Shown one piece after another: positions 1 through 8,442 of a DNA stretch of 36,436 bases (positions are counted from its first letter, which is position 1; every line of letters starts with the position of its first letter). Location: IMG/VR virus record IMGVR_UViG_3300043177_000240, positions 1 through 36,436 of that record. One strand, given 5' to 3'. This DNA is from a virus. Its lineage: Duplodnaviria > Caudoviricetes. A program made the translations under genes and the position numbers. Below the pieces are notes generated by a model. That model was not told the DNA's origin. It saw nothing but the letters and a program-made list of their open reading frames with translations, and did not search any database.

Positions 1-124
1 CGGTGGAGGCTCCGGCGGGGGGACGGGCTCCGGCGGGGGGACGGGCTCCGGCGGGGGGACGGGCTCCGGCGGCGGGGGCTGCGGCGGCGGTGGCGGGGGC
101 GGCGCCTCAGCGCGCTGCTGATCA
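1..124. repeat. Terminal direct repeat (circular-assembly overlap), copy 1
   Basis: 1-124 is identical to 36313-36436 except position 7 (A) vs 36319 (C). Contains three 18-nt GGCTCCGGCGGGGGGACG units. Confidence 0.95.
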
Positions 125-1050
125 CGCAACGCTTTTAATTCCATCATCCGGCGGCGAAAAGCACCGCCTTTGTCTTCTCCCTGCTTATCGCCCCGCTGAT
201 TCGTACCGAGCGTATAACCAACCAGGCCGCCGATCGCCATTGATTCCGGCACATTCGCCAGCGGTTCGCCCTCTGCCAGAATATTCTCCGTGGTCTGCTG
301 CGCGCCCTCGGTCACGCTTTCACTGGCTGCCGTTTTCAACCGTCCCGGAACCCTCCGCAGAATGCGGGTTAGCGGCAGATACTCCAGCGCAGTGCTCACC
401 GGGAAATAAGCAACCGCTTTTTCTTTCGCCTCGCCCGGCGATTTTCCCTCCCGGATCAGACGCTGATACAGCGCATCAGCAGCCTGCAACCCGCCGACCA
501 ACAAGGACGCCGGCACCCCTAGCGCGGCAGCCGCAAATATCGGGTACATCCCGATAATGGCTTCCGCCGTACCGCCCAGCAACCGGGACGGGCGATACCA
601 CGGCGTCATGGCATAAGCGGTGCTCGGCTGGTTTCGCTCCTCAACGCCTTTCCAGTAAGCCTCAGCCGACTTGGCCTGATCAATGGCCCGCTGGCGGGAA
701 GCCACCGAGGCCGGATCGTCACGATCTACGTGGGTAAGCTCCGCAAGTTTTGTCTCGAGCCGCGCTATCTGCGCGGAAGGCGCCGCGAAAGCCCGCTTCG
801 CCAGCCGTTGCGCCTCAGTCAGGAATGAAGCGCCATAACGCCTGGCGTATTCCTCGCTGATTTCATCTTCGGTCACATCGTGGAGAAAACGACGTGCGCG
901 CGCGGAAAACTGTTCCGGGCTTTCACCGACGACACTGACGGGATCAGCCCGATAACGACGCCGATATTCGTCCTGAATTTCTTCTTCGGTTACGTCCGAC
1001 AGATACAGCCGAGCACGAGCCCGAAACTGATCGTAATTTTCGTATGCCAT
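1..1050 (-). CDS. N-terminal part of the giant polyvalent/ejection protein; continues across the contig join into 36436..28180
   Basis: ATG at 1050 opens MAYENYDQFRARARLYLSDVTEEEIQDEYRRRY. My translation finds no stop to the contig edge. It reads through the (EPVPPP)n linker into LSQQPEEDL, the start of the 2667-aa ORF. 926+8257 nt = 3061 codons. Confidence 0.88.
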   Translation of the reverse strand, partial: MAYENYDQFRARARLYLSDVTEEEIQDEYRRRYRADPVSVVGESPEQFSARARRFLHDVTEDEISEEYARRYGASFLTEAQRLAKRAFAAPSAQIARLETKLAELTHVDRDDPASVASRQRAIDQAKSAEAYWKGVEERNQPSTAYAMTPWYRPSRLLGGTAEAIIGMYPIFAAAALGVPASLLVGGLQAADALYQRLIREGKSPGEAKEKAVAYFPVSTALEYLPLTRILRRVPGRLKTAASESVTEGAQQTTENILAEGEPLANVPESMAIGGLVGYTLGTNQRGDKQGEDKGGAFRRRMMELKALRDQQRAEAPPPPPPPQPPPPEPVPPPEPVPPPEPVPPPEPPP

Positions 1051-1065
1051 AAGCCGATCCAGCGG

Positions 1066-1803
1066 TCATGGCATATCGCGCAACCTGTTACGCGGCGGAG
1101 CCGGCAGGGCGCCCAATCCACCACCCTGCCCAAACAGATATAAAGGATCCCGATACTGTGTGGCCAGCTCACCCTGTAATGTGCCACCACTCAGAATGTT
1201 CAGTTCCGTACGTTCCGCCGGTGTCAGATTCGCCAGATCCCCTTTGGACTTGTCCAGCAGCTCGCGCATACGCTGACGATCAAGCTGCTCGAGACGATAA
1301 CGCTCGCTGGTTATCCGCGTTGTCGTCCGGAGGTTTTTCGTCTGCTCCGCACGATCTTTTTCCATCTGTTCGCGCTCTTTGGCGCGCTGTTGCGCCTCGT
1401 ACATGCGCCATTGGTCTTCACGGCGGGCAATCTGCCGCCGGTCAACGGCCTCTTCGGTGCGGCGCCGATCTTCCTCCGCCGTTATCTGATTGCGAAACGC
1501 TTCCGCCATCCTCTCATTGTAATTACCGAGCCCGGCACCTAGCCCCTGCGCGATACCAGACCACATATCCGCGCCACGATTCTTGGAAGCCAGCATCCCA
1601 AGCGACATCAGCAGCAACGACTGGCGGCGTAACTGTTCGGCAACGGCCGGATCAACGGTTCCCTGCGGCGTCGTTATCGGCAATACGCCACCAAGCAACC
1701 GTGAGCCCAACATACCCAACCGCTGCAGCCACGTCGGAGCAGACAACCCCGTTGCTGCCTGTCCCGCAAGCGCCATCGTCGGCCCTGATACCATGCCTAG
1801 CAT
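1066..1803 (-). CDS. Putative internal virion/DNA ejection protein
   Basis: Hydrophobic Gly-rich N-half (LLLMSLGMLA...GIAQGLGAGLGNY) then a charged coiled coil. Lies between a gp7-like gene and the giant protein, as podovirus ejection genes do. Confidence 0.65.
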   Translation of the reverse strand: MLGMVSGPTMALAGQAATGLSAPTWLQRLGMLGSRLLGGVLPITTPQGTVDPAVAEQLRRQSLLLMSLGMLASKNRGADMWSGIAQGLGAGLGNYNERMAEAFRNQITAEEDRRRTEEAVDRRQIARREDQWRMYEAQQRAKEREQMEKDRAEQTKNLRTTTRITSERYRLEQLDRQRMRELLDKSKGDLANLTPAERTELNILSGGTLQGELATQYRDPLYLFGQGGGLGALPAPPRNRLRDMP

Positions 1804-1808
1804 GAGAA

Positions 1809-2783
1809 TTACCCCAGCGCCCCCAGCAAACTACCCAGACCAACCGCCGCCCAGCCCGCCGGCCCGGACAGGTTCATCATCCTTGCAAGCGTGGCCCCGC
1901 CCAGACCACCACCCAGCGCCCCCAACGCGGGGCTCCCCCTTCCGGGATCGGTCGTGCTCTGTCCGCCCAATGCGCCGGTCCCCTGCAGATTGCTCAGGTA
2001 CCACTGCGCCATGTTCATGGGCTGATTCTGCGCAAAGTTCCAGCGCTCGATATTCTCTCCTAGCTCCTTTTCCGCAAAACCACGCATCCATTGCGACTGC
2101 TCCCAATCCAGTTCGCCCGGCGTCGCGCCCGTCTGGGCAACCAGCGGAAACAGCCGCAACGCATCGAGCGCCTGCGCGTTGCCCGCCTGCCCTAGCGAAG
2201 AAACCAGCCCCGCCGCCATGCGCCGATCATCGAAAGCGCGGTTACGCTCCGAATTCCACAGATTCAGATTACTCTCGGCCATACGCTGGCCAAGCTCCGG
2301 CAGCACCAGGCCTATTTCCTTGATAGCGCCTGTCGGGTTCCGCATAAACGTCGCGTTACGGTTCAACCCCGGCAGGATGTTATTCTCAAACTGACGGATG
2401 ACGTTCGCGTTCGCGGCATTCGCCATCCGGCTGAACCCCGTATAGTCAGGACGACCGGACAACATGCTGCGGATAGCCGCCGAGGCATCGAGATCACCCG
2501 CCCTACCCGCCGGCGATGTATTGCTCAGCCCGAACTGCAACGCCGATACGGCATCGCCAAAAAACGGCGCCGGCGACCCGCCAAACACCCGATCCGCGTA
2601 ATCCTGCCGATTGCCCCAGGAGTAAATCTCCATCGGCATGGGACCGACAAAGGTCCTGTTCGGGTAAAAATCAGGCGGATTCCTGAACGCAGCACCCAGC
2701 GCATCCATCGCACGCAGCAAATGCGGCTGCGCACCCGTCCAGGGAGTATTGTTGGTTACCGTCGTGCCGCCGCCCTTACTCAT
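1809..2783 (-). CDS. Putative DNA ejection/pilot protein (P22 gp7 / T7 gp14-like role)
   Basis: N-terminus MSKGGGTTVTNNTPW, Q/N/A-rich body and Gly-rich hydrophobic C-terminus (GALGGGLGGA...GLGSLLGALG). Synteny after tail and GNAT genes. Confidence 0.72.
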   Translation of the reverse strand: MSKGGGTTVTNNTPWTGAQPHLLRAMDALGAAFRNPPDFYPNRTFVGPMPMEIYSWGNRQDYADRVFGGSPAPFFGDAVSALQFGLSNTSPAGRAGDLDASAAIRSMLSGRPDYTGFSRMANAANANVIRQFENNILPGLNRNATFMRNPTGAIKEIGLVLPELGQRMAESNLNLWNSERNRAFDDRRMAAGLVSSLGQAGNAQALDALRLFPLVAQTGATPGELDWEQSQWMRGFAEKELGENIERWNFAQNQPMNMAQWYLSNLQGTGALGGQSTTDPGRGSPALGALGGGLGGATLARMMNLSGPAGWAAVGLGSLLGALG

Positions 2784-3234
2784 TGGGAGACCCGACCATC
2801 GGCATCGAATTCATGAACCAAGGCCCGACCACCTCTCCCCTCACGAGCTGCCCCATACCGCCCCCCTTGCCCGGAACAGCCGCCATGCCACCCCCCTTGC
2901 CGGGAGCGGCCGACGGCGGCCATAACACGGGAGCGGCGGCGGCTGGCGGAGGCCTCGGCACGAAAGCGGCTGGCGGCGGCCACGACACGGGAGCAGCGGC
3001 GGCCGGCGGAGGCCTCGGCACGAGAGCGGCCGGCGGCGGCCATGACACGGGAGCGGCTGGCGGCGGCCACGACACGGGAGCGGCAGCGGCCGGCGGCGCA
3101 GCCTGCGACACGGGAGCGGCTGGCAACAACCCGGGCAAATACCCGCTGGCGCCTACTCTGCCCGGCACAAGGCCCGCCGGCATCCACGGCCTGAACGGCC
3201 CCGGCGAAGAAAACGGCGAACCACCCATTGCCAT
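2776..3234 (-). CDS. Pro/Ala-rich repeat protein, hypothetical (possibly virion-associated)
   Basis: Fills the gap between co-oriented genes and has a GAGGGA RBS upstream. Repeats PPAAAAPVSWPP and PGKGGGM x2. Confidence 0.5.
   Translation of the reverse strand: MAMGGSPFSSPGPFRPWMPAGLVPGRVGASGYLPGLLPAAPVSQAAPPAAAAPVSWPPPAAPVSWPPPAALVPRPPPAAAAPVSWPPPAAFVPRPPPAAAAPVLWPPSAAPGKGGGMAAVPGKGGGMGQLVRGEVVGPWFMNSMPMVGSPNE
2850..3125. repeat. Imperfect coding tandem repeats (~24-33 nt units, 60-nt higher-order period)
   Basis: ACACGGGAGC(G/A)GC recurs five times, GGCGGAGGCCTCGGCACGA twice and CCCCCCTTGCC twice. Confidence 0.8.
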
Positions 3235-3244
3235 GACCAGTCCC

Positions 3245-3691
3245 TCAATGCGTCCTTACCACCGGACGCAACGGAATGACGTACTGAGTGATCGGATCCA
3301 GTACCCGCGTGTCCTCAAAATGCTTCGGCATCCATCTCGCCCAACCAGCACGCCCGGTACCGGTAATCGTATCGCAGCCATTGTGAATGCTCCACTGGAT
3401 CAAATGCTCCATCAGGGGACGCATGTAACGGCGAAGAAACCCCCGCTTACCGCCCACAATAAAAACGTTGCCAACCCGACTGCTCGGATATTCAACGATC
3501 TCCATGACCGCACCACCCTGAATGTCACCCTCATCGACAACCACCACACACTGCACTCGCCCGGTGGCTACCAGGTGGAATAAATCCACCACATCCATAT
3601 GCGGGTGATACCGCAGGGCAGGCCCGTACAACGGCGCCAGCGCCTTCCACACCGATGCCGCAGTCGGTACATCCAGATCGTAAATGTTCAT
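3245..3691 (-). CDS. GNAT-fold (acetyltransferase-like) virion morphogenesis protein
   Basis: Pattern G.AVMEIVEYP..RV..V..VGG...W...NGC..I...GR.GW.R is typical of the phage GNAT-like gene after tail genes. ATG at 3691 overlaps the upstream stop (ATGA). Confidence 0.65.
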   Translation of the reverse strand: MNIYDLDVPTAASVWKALAPLYGPALRYHPHMDVVDLFHLVATGRVQCVVVVDEGDIQGGAVMEIVEYPSSRVGNVFIVGGKRGFLRRYMRPLMEHLIQWSIHNGCDTITGTGRAGWARWMPKHFEDTRVLDPITQYVIPLRPVVRTH

Positions 3692-4146
3692 GCCACGGTA
3701 TTCCGCCCGGTCACCCGCCAGCGATATACACTGGCGTCGTACCACAACGACACAGAAGCATTCTGCGTCATGTTCACAACCCCACCCGCGCCCGAGGCAA
3801 CCGGTAACGAAAACCGGGAACTGGCCGAAGAATTGGCATCCTCACCCAGCAATACCAGCCGGCCAACCCCGATATTGAACAGATACACCACCCGCCAGGG
3901 ATCGTGCAGGCTGATCCCGGTCAGAGTCTGAGTAACCGAAGCGCTGATCCTTATCACATTGGCCGAGCGGAACGATTCCGCCGACAGATTGTTGGAACTG
4001 AACGCCGACACGTCCGCCACATTGACCGCATACAGAACACGCGGCGCATCATCACTGGTCACCCCAGCGATCTTCTGCAGTTCACGGCCCAGATAGGCCA
4101 TCACATCCTGCATACGCTGCGGTATTGCTGCAGGCGTGTACTTCAT
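3688..4146 (-). CDS. Tail-associated virion protein, hypothetical
   Basis: N-terminal YTP..IP.....YL.REL.KI motif seen in small genes after podoviral tail tubular genes. Beta-rich, Ser-rich C-terminus. Translationally coupled at both ends. Confidence 0.6.
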   Translation of the reverse strand: MKYTPAAIPQRMQDVMAYLGRELQKIAGVTSDDAPRVLYAVNVADVSAFSSNNLSAESFRSANVIRISASVTQTLTGISLHDPWRVVYLFNIGVGRLVLLGEDANSSASSRFSLPVASGAGGVVNMTQNASVSLWYDASVYRWRVTGRNTVA

Positions 4147-5702
4147 CGCAGCCCGTCCGCGTCGTAATCAACATCGATGCCGATACATCGCAACGAGTAC
4201 GCCGCCGCATATTCCATTCGCAGATCGAGAAACCGCCCGGAAACGCGCACGTCGATCTTGTGATCGGACCCAACGACAAATGAATAGGGACCACTCATTA
4301 CCACCGGCTCGTCCAGCGCCATGCGCGCACCGATGTACACGCTGACCATCTGAGAGGTTTCGCCAAGCAACAACGGGTATATTCTCTTGATCCGCTTGAC
4401 GCGCAACACGTCGCCGCCGGACAGAGAAATACCACGCCGTTCGATATAGGCCGTCATCGTCGCGCCATTCAGCGCATAACCGCTGTCCATGACAAATGCA
4501 GCAGGCGATGATCCGCTGACCAGCACCAGCTTACGCGCTGCCGGCGCATCGACTTCGTCAATACGGCCCGTGGTGGTGGCCCCCGTGCCAGACCAGGTAT
4601 CGAAGGTCACACTGGTGCTGCTCGGCACGATGCCATCCGCACCGGCGCGCATCACTGACCCCAGATCACGCACCGTCCACGAATCTGCGGACCAGTTCCA
4701 GACCATCGCCAGATTAGGCCAGTCGCTGCCGGCCTCGGGAAAGCAGATCAGTATTTCCCGGTTCTCATGATCCGTAACGACGAAGGTCGTGCGGTAACGT
4801 TTATTGTCAAGGCGGTTGAAAAACCAGCGGCGCATCCGTCCGTCCGCCAACGATCGCACATTGTTACCGTCATGCAGCACGATATCGGTGTCCGTCACCA
4901 CGAAGTGAGATTCATTGAAATCAATCGCGCAGTTCTCGGCCAGCAACCCAAGCTGGCGGAATAACGGACGAAACGAAAACACATCCCTGGTCTGCACGTA
5001 ATCCGCGGCCCAGGTATTGGATTCCTTGTAAATCAGAAAACTGTCACGCAGCGTCACCATGTCAACGATCGAATCGCTGGTTTCGCCAAGCTCAGTGATA
5101 CCCGCCTGATTCGTCGGCACCGTGTAATCCCATGACAGCGGCAACGCGCCAGGCTGTGCCTGATCACTCCAGCGCAGCTCGCGCGGATTGTAAGTATTGG
5201 CGCTGACATTGGCGTTGCGTCCGGCGAAAATAAACCCGCGATGAAAACGCATCACGTCAGTTCGTAAATCACTCGGCCATGCAGTCAGTGAAACCAGTCT
5301 GTTCGTCAGCGCCGCATTGGGCAGCCATGACACCGGCACATTCTGACCACCGTCATTGAGGATCACATACCCGTTGAACGGCCCGCCGGTGTAACCCACA
5401 TCGTATTCCGCAGAAACGGTGGCGGATAACTTGATATTGACGTGCGACGTCCCGTCAGTCGCATAAGCCACCGTCTCCGAGGCGTAAACCCAGTATCGAA
5501 CCGTTCCGTCAGTAATGCTGGTCACATACATTGCCGTTACGGACAACGAACCGAAAACGGACGAATACCCGGTCACCAGCTCAGCGCCACTGTCCCGAAA
5601 CCGGAAATTGCGGGCATCCGTCAGCACCCCATCCGGCATGACCACCGGCGGCTGATCGGCCGCTACACCACGGGTTTCCGTGAACGCAATACGCGAACGC
5701 AT
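4143..5702 (-). CDS. Tail tubular/nozzle (stabilisation) protein, P22 gp10 / T7 gp12-like
   Basis: 519 aa, beta-propeller-like composition. Motifs NFRFRD.G, LRWSD, LIYKE..TW, EILICFP and C-terminal K.D.R.SGR...R. Synteny. Confidence 0.8.
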   Translation of the reverse strand: MRSRIAFTETRGVAADQPPVVMPDGVLTDARNFRFRDSGAELVTGYSSVFGSLSVTAMYVTSITDGTVRYWVYASETVAYATDGTSHVNIKLSATVSAEYDVGYTGGPFNGYVILNDGGQNVPVSWLPNAALTNRLVSLTAWPSDLRTDVMRFHRGFIFAGRNANVSANTYNPRELRWSDQAQPGALPLSWDYTVPTNQAGITELGETSDSIVDMVTLRDSFLIYKESNTWAADYVQTRDVFSFRPLFRQLGLLAENCAIDFNESHFVVTDTDIVLHDGNNVRSLADGRMRRWFFNRLDNKRYRTTFVVTDHENREILICFPEAGSDWPNLAMVWNWSADSWTVRDLGSVMRAGADGIVPSSTSVTFDTWSGTGATTTGRIDEVDAPAARKLVLVSGSSPAAFVMDSGYALNGATMTAYIERRGISLSGGDVLRVKRIKRIYPLLLGETSQMVSVYIGARMALDEPVVMSGPYSFVVGSDHKIDVRVSGRFLDLRMEYAAAYSLRCIGIDVDYDADGLR

Positions 5703-6304
5703 CAGAACGCTATCCCCAGAACCATGAAAGCCGACGGCGCCGGCGTATTCTGCCGGTTGTACATGCGCACGATGAACGACCCCGCGTTCATGCTGGTGAT
5801 CATCGCATGCCGCCGGCCGGAGGTGGCGAAATAAGGCTGAATCGCAAACACTGCCCGGTCGCCCGCCGCCGGATTGGCATAAGTGCCATCGCGGTTCTGC
5901 AACGGATGCGTGATCTCATAAGCAGCATATCCGACGTAATTCGCTTGCAGCCCCGTCACGCCAGACGGTATTGCCGCAGTCGCTGAAGCATCCACGAACA
6001 AAGACATGACCAGCGGCCTGGTTTTCGTCCCGGGCGTCGCCTGATTGTGCTGAACCTCGAGGCAGGCGTGATAAACGACCGTGCGACTGATGGTCGTCGC
6101 CAGGTCCGCGCGAACGCCGTAGAGCACGACAGAATTGATCGCCGTGGCGCCAAAAGACACGGCGCCGTCCAGCCGCGTAAACGTGGAAAGGACGGCAGAC
6201 TTTACAAGCCGCAGATGGTCGTCATACGCCGAACACGGATCAGCGCTGCTATCCGGGTATGAAACGTTTAACTGCGTAATCCATGTAGCGCTCTCAACCG
6301 GCAT
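5702..6304 (-). CDS. Short tail fibre-like protein (paralog B)
   Basis: N-terminal anchor motif VESATWI..L...YP....D.....DDHLRLVK....TF, shared with the upstream gene. Confidence 0.65.
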   Translation of the reverse strand: MPVESATWITQLNVSYPDSSADPCSAYDDHLRLVKSAVLSTFTRLDGAVSFGATAINSVVLYGVRADLATTISRTVVYHACLEVQHNQATPGTKTRPLVMSLFVDASATAAIPSGVTGLQANYVGYAAYEITHPLQNRDGTYANPAAGDRAVFAIQPYFATSGRRHAMITSMNAGSFIVRMYNRQNTPAPSAFMVLGIAF

Positions 6305-6874
6305 TTACCACCCGAACAGCGATACCATACAGGGCGTGTTGGTTTCCGAAGAGCTGAAATCCATGATCTTGAAGTAAAACCGCCCGGCCGTGATGCTGTA
6401 AACGTTCGCCATGATGTTGTTGCCCGCCTGAGTGACCGGCTGGACGGCATAAGCCACCTTCTGCCCAGACTGCGCATTGCGATTCAGCGGGAACGCCACC
6501 CGCCGACGCCCCTTAGCAACGAATGAGGCCGACCACTCGCTCATGCCCGTCGTCAGCACGGTTGCGGATGTATCCAGATACAAGCCGCCAACCAATCCCA
6601 TATCCACCAGGTTCGGCCCAAGTGAAGCCTGCGGCGGGACGTGATACACGTGCGTCGCGGAAACAGTCTGCTGCGTATTGGTCTTCATGCCGTAACGGAC
6701 CATGTTATTGATCGCGGCGGAGGAGGCGGACATCTCGCCATCCATGTTCGGGAATGTGCGCCGCAGACAGGCCTTTATCAGCCGAATATGGTCATCTACG
6801 GTAGTCCGCTGATCGCCACCATCGGGATTGGTGACAACCAGCCCAACAATGTAGGTGGCGGTTTCCAGCGGCAC
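6305..6874 (-). CDS. Short tail fibre-like protein (paralog A)
   Basis: GTG at 6874 gives MPLETATYIVGL..TNP...D.....DDHIRLIK..L..TFP, a common podoviral fibre N-terminus. The ORF-track start at 6961 overlaps the adaptor gene. Confidence 0.68.
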   Translation of the reverse strand: MPLETATYIVGLVVTNPDGGDQRTTVDDHIRLIKACLRRTFPNMDGEMSASSAAINNMVRYGMKTNTQQTVSATHVYHVPPQASLGPNLVDMGLVGGLYLDTSATVLTTGMSEWSASFVAKGRRRVAFPLNRNAQSGQKVAYAVQPVTQAGNNIMANVYSITAGRFYFKIMDFSSSETNTPCMVSLFGW

Positions 6875-6881
6875 GGCTATC

Positions 6882-7514
6882 TCACATAAACGGCCTGATC
6901 TGCCCGCCGCCCTGCTCGCGGACAACACGCCGTTCAAGTTCACGCAGCGCCTCTGCTTCACGCCGTCGCATCAGACCGGCCTTGGCAAAAGATTCTTCGC
7001 CGTCGATGTAGCTTTCGAGCATATCGGCCATTGCGCGAGCATAAATCACCAGATACCCCTCGGTCGTCCAGGCATTGGTCACAGAATCAGCAGCCGACAG
7101 AGACACTTCCGTAAGCCGCTTCAGATAGGAAACCGACAGGCTGTAGGTCGAATCAGTGACCGGATACAGACGCAGCATGCGATTGTCCACCGCATACACC
7201 ACGGGCTCCCCCGTATCGCTGTCAGCAGCTTCCTGTTCATCAATCCAACCCGGATTGCGTTCACGCAACAGGCGCCGGTTACCGCTCGCGTCATTCAGCA
7301 CGACGCGGTCAATCTCAACCCAGCCGTCCGGCAGATCCAGATATTCCACGGAAGCAGTCGCCGTCAGCGTAGTCCGCGCCTGATTGAACGCAAAACGACG
7401 CGCCGAATAGAACTCAATGGCGTCCACAACCGCAGCACGAACCCTGGCACTGAGATCAGCACCCCGGTTCAGATCGGTGACTACCCGATCAATCAGTTCG
7501 CCAAAGGTCGGCAT
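6882..7514 (-). CDS. Head-tail adaptor (tail tubular protein A-like)
   Basis: TF.EL..RV...L.R.DL N-terminus, Y.DLP, G.P..YA.....LRLYP..D..Y and NAW motifs of phage adaptor proteins. Confidence 0.8.
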   Translation of the reverse strand: MPTFGELIDRVVTDLNRGADLSARVRAAVVDAIEFYSARRFAFNQARTTLTATASVEYLDLPDGWVEIDRVVLNDASGNRRLLRERNPGWIDEQEAADSDTGEPVVYAVDNRMLRLYPVTDSTYSLSVSYLKRLTEVSLSAADSVTNAWTTEGYLVIYARAMADMLESYIDGEESFAKAGLMRRREAEALRELERRVVREQGGGQIRPFM

Positions 7515-7610
7515 CGGCCGCTACACTCCGCCACGCGGCCATTGTACCGCGAGCAACCGCTCGCGACGACGTTGCCGACGCGTGGTTACACGCCGGCAAC
7601 GCCAGCACCA

Positions 7611-7661
7611 TCAGTACTTCTTCCGGCCGCCCTTACCCTTCGGCTTGCACTTTTTCGCCAC
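7611..7661 (-). CDS. Tiny basic peptide MAKKCKPKGKGGRKKY (16 aa)
   Basis: Strong SD GGAGGTGA just upstream of GTG at 7661, TGA at 7613-7611. Below the ORF-track size cutoff. Confidence 0.5.
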   Translation of the reverse strand: MAKKCKPKGKGGRKKY

Positions 7662-8442
7662 CCTGAATCACCTCCATTCGCTGCTGACCATATTCCGCCC
7701 GGACTACCACACCATGCGGCATCGGACGCACCTCGACGTGAGCCAGCGGATTGCTCCCGCGCAACATGCCAGCCAGCTCATCAGACCAACGCTCATGCAT
7801 GGCGTCCGTCACACCATGCCAAGGACCACCACGCGTGTAATGCAACAGACTGATCGGAACATCCCGCTCGTTTTCAGGATGCTGCGTCTCATCAGGCCCG
7901 ACCGTCAGCTCATTCCATCGGCCCTGAATCTCACCAATGAAACTCGGCAGCGTCCAGGCAAACTCGTGAAGATCAAGACCGCTAACCGTGTTGATGTATG
8001 AACGAGTCAAAGACCTGCAATGCGGATGAGACGTATTGAACATCATCAGGCTGGACCAGTTCTTGAGCGGATACCGAGTCTGGATCGCACCCAGAAACTT
8101 CTTGTCTTCCCGCGGCACGTGACAATGCTTGACAACCATCACCGAATAACGGTCATCACGCTGCGCCCATAACTCCTCGATGTCATCGAGCATGATCATG
8201 TCGCAGTCCATGAAAATCGCCCAGCCGCTATAGTTCATCAGATACGGCACCACGAACCGCGCATTGCTGAACTCCGTCGAATCATAACGGCCGCGCTCAC
8301 GCCACCAGAACCCCTTCGGCAATACCGTGTTGCCAATCGGCGTAATACTCACCGGCACCGTCGAACGCGAAATAATGGAATGACACAAAGTGTGAAAAGC
8401 CACCGACTCAACCGGGTCATAGCCGATAAAAAGCGGAATCAT
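7633..8442 (-). CDS. GT-A glycosyltransferase (GT8-like, plant CDI-like family)
   Basis: IFIGYD-like start (LFIGYDP), STEFS..RF.VPYL, AIFMDCD (DxD), KNWSSLMMFN and LHYT.GGPW motifs. Confidence 0.85.
   Translation of the reverse strand: MIPLFIGYDPVESVAFHTLCHSIISRSTVPVSITPIGNTVLPKGFWWRERGRYDSTEFSNARFVVPYLMNYSGWAIFMDCDMIMLDDIEELWAQRDDRYSVMVVKHCHVPREDKKFLGAIQTRYPLKNWSSLMMFNTSHPHCRSLTRSYINTVSGLDLHEFAWTLPSFIGEIQGRWNELTVGPDETQHPENERDVPISLLHYTRGGPWHGVTDAMHERWSDELAGMLRGSNPLAHVEVRPMPHGVVVRAEYGQQRMEVIQGGEKVQAEG

Noticed and set aside
1-124. Terminal repeat as a biological direct terminal repeat
   Set aside because: It lies inside a coding Pro-rich tandem repeat and has assembler-overlap length. It more likely marks an assembly break in a circular graph.
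3-557. 184-aa plus-strand ORF with APAGGR repeats
   Set aside because: Antisense shadow of the giant gene's N-terminal part and its Pro-rich linker.
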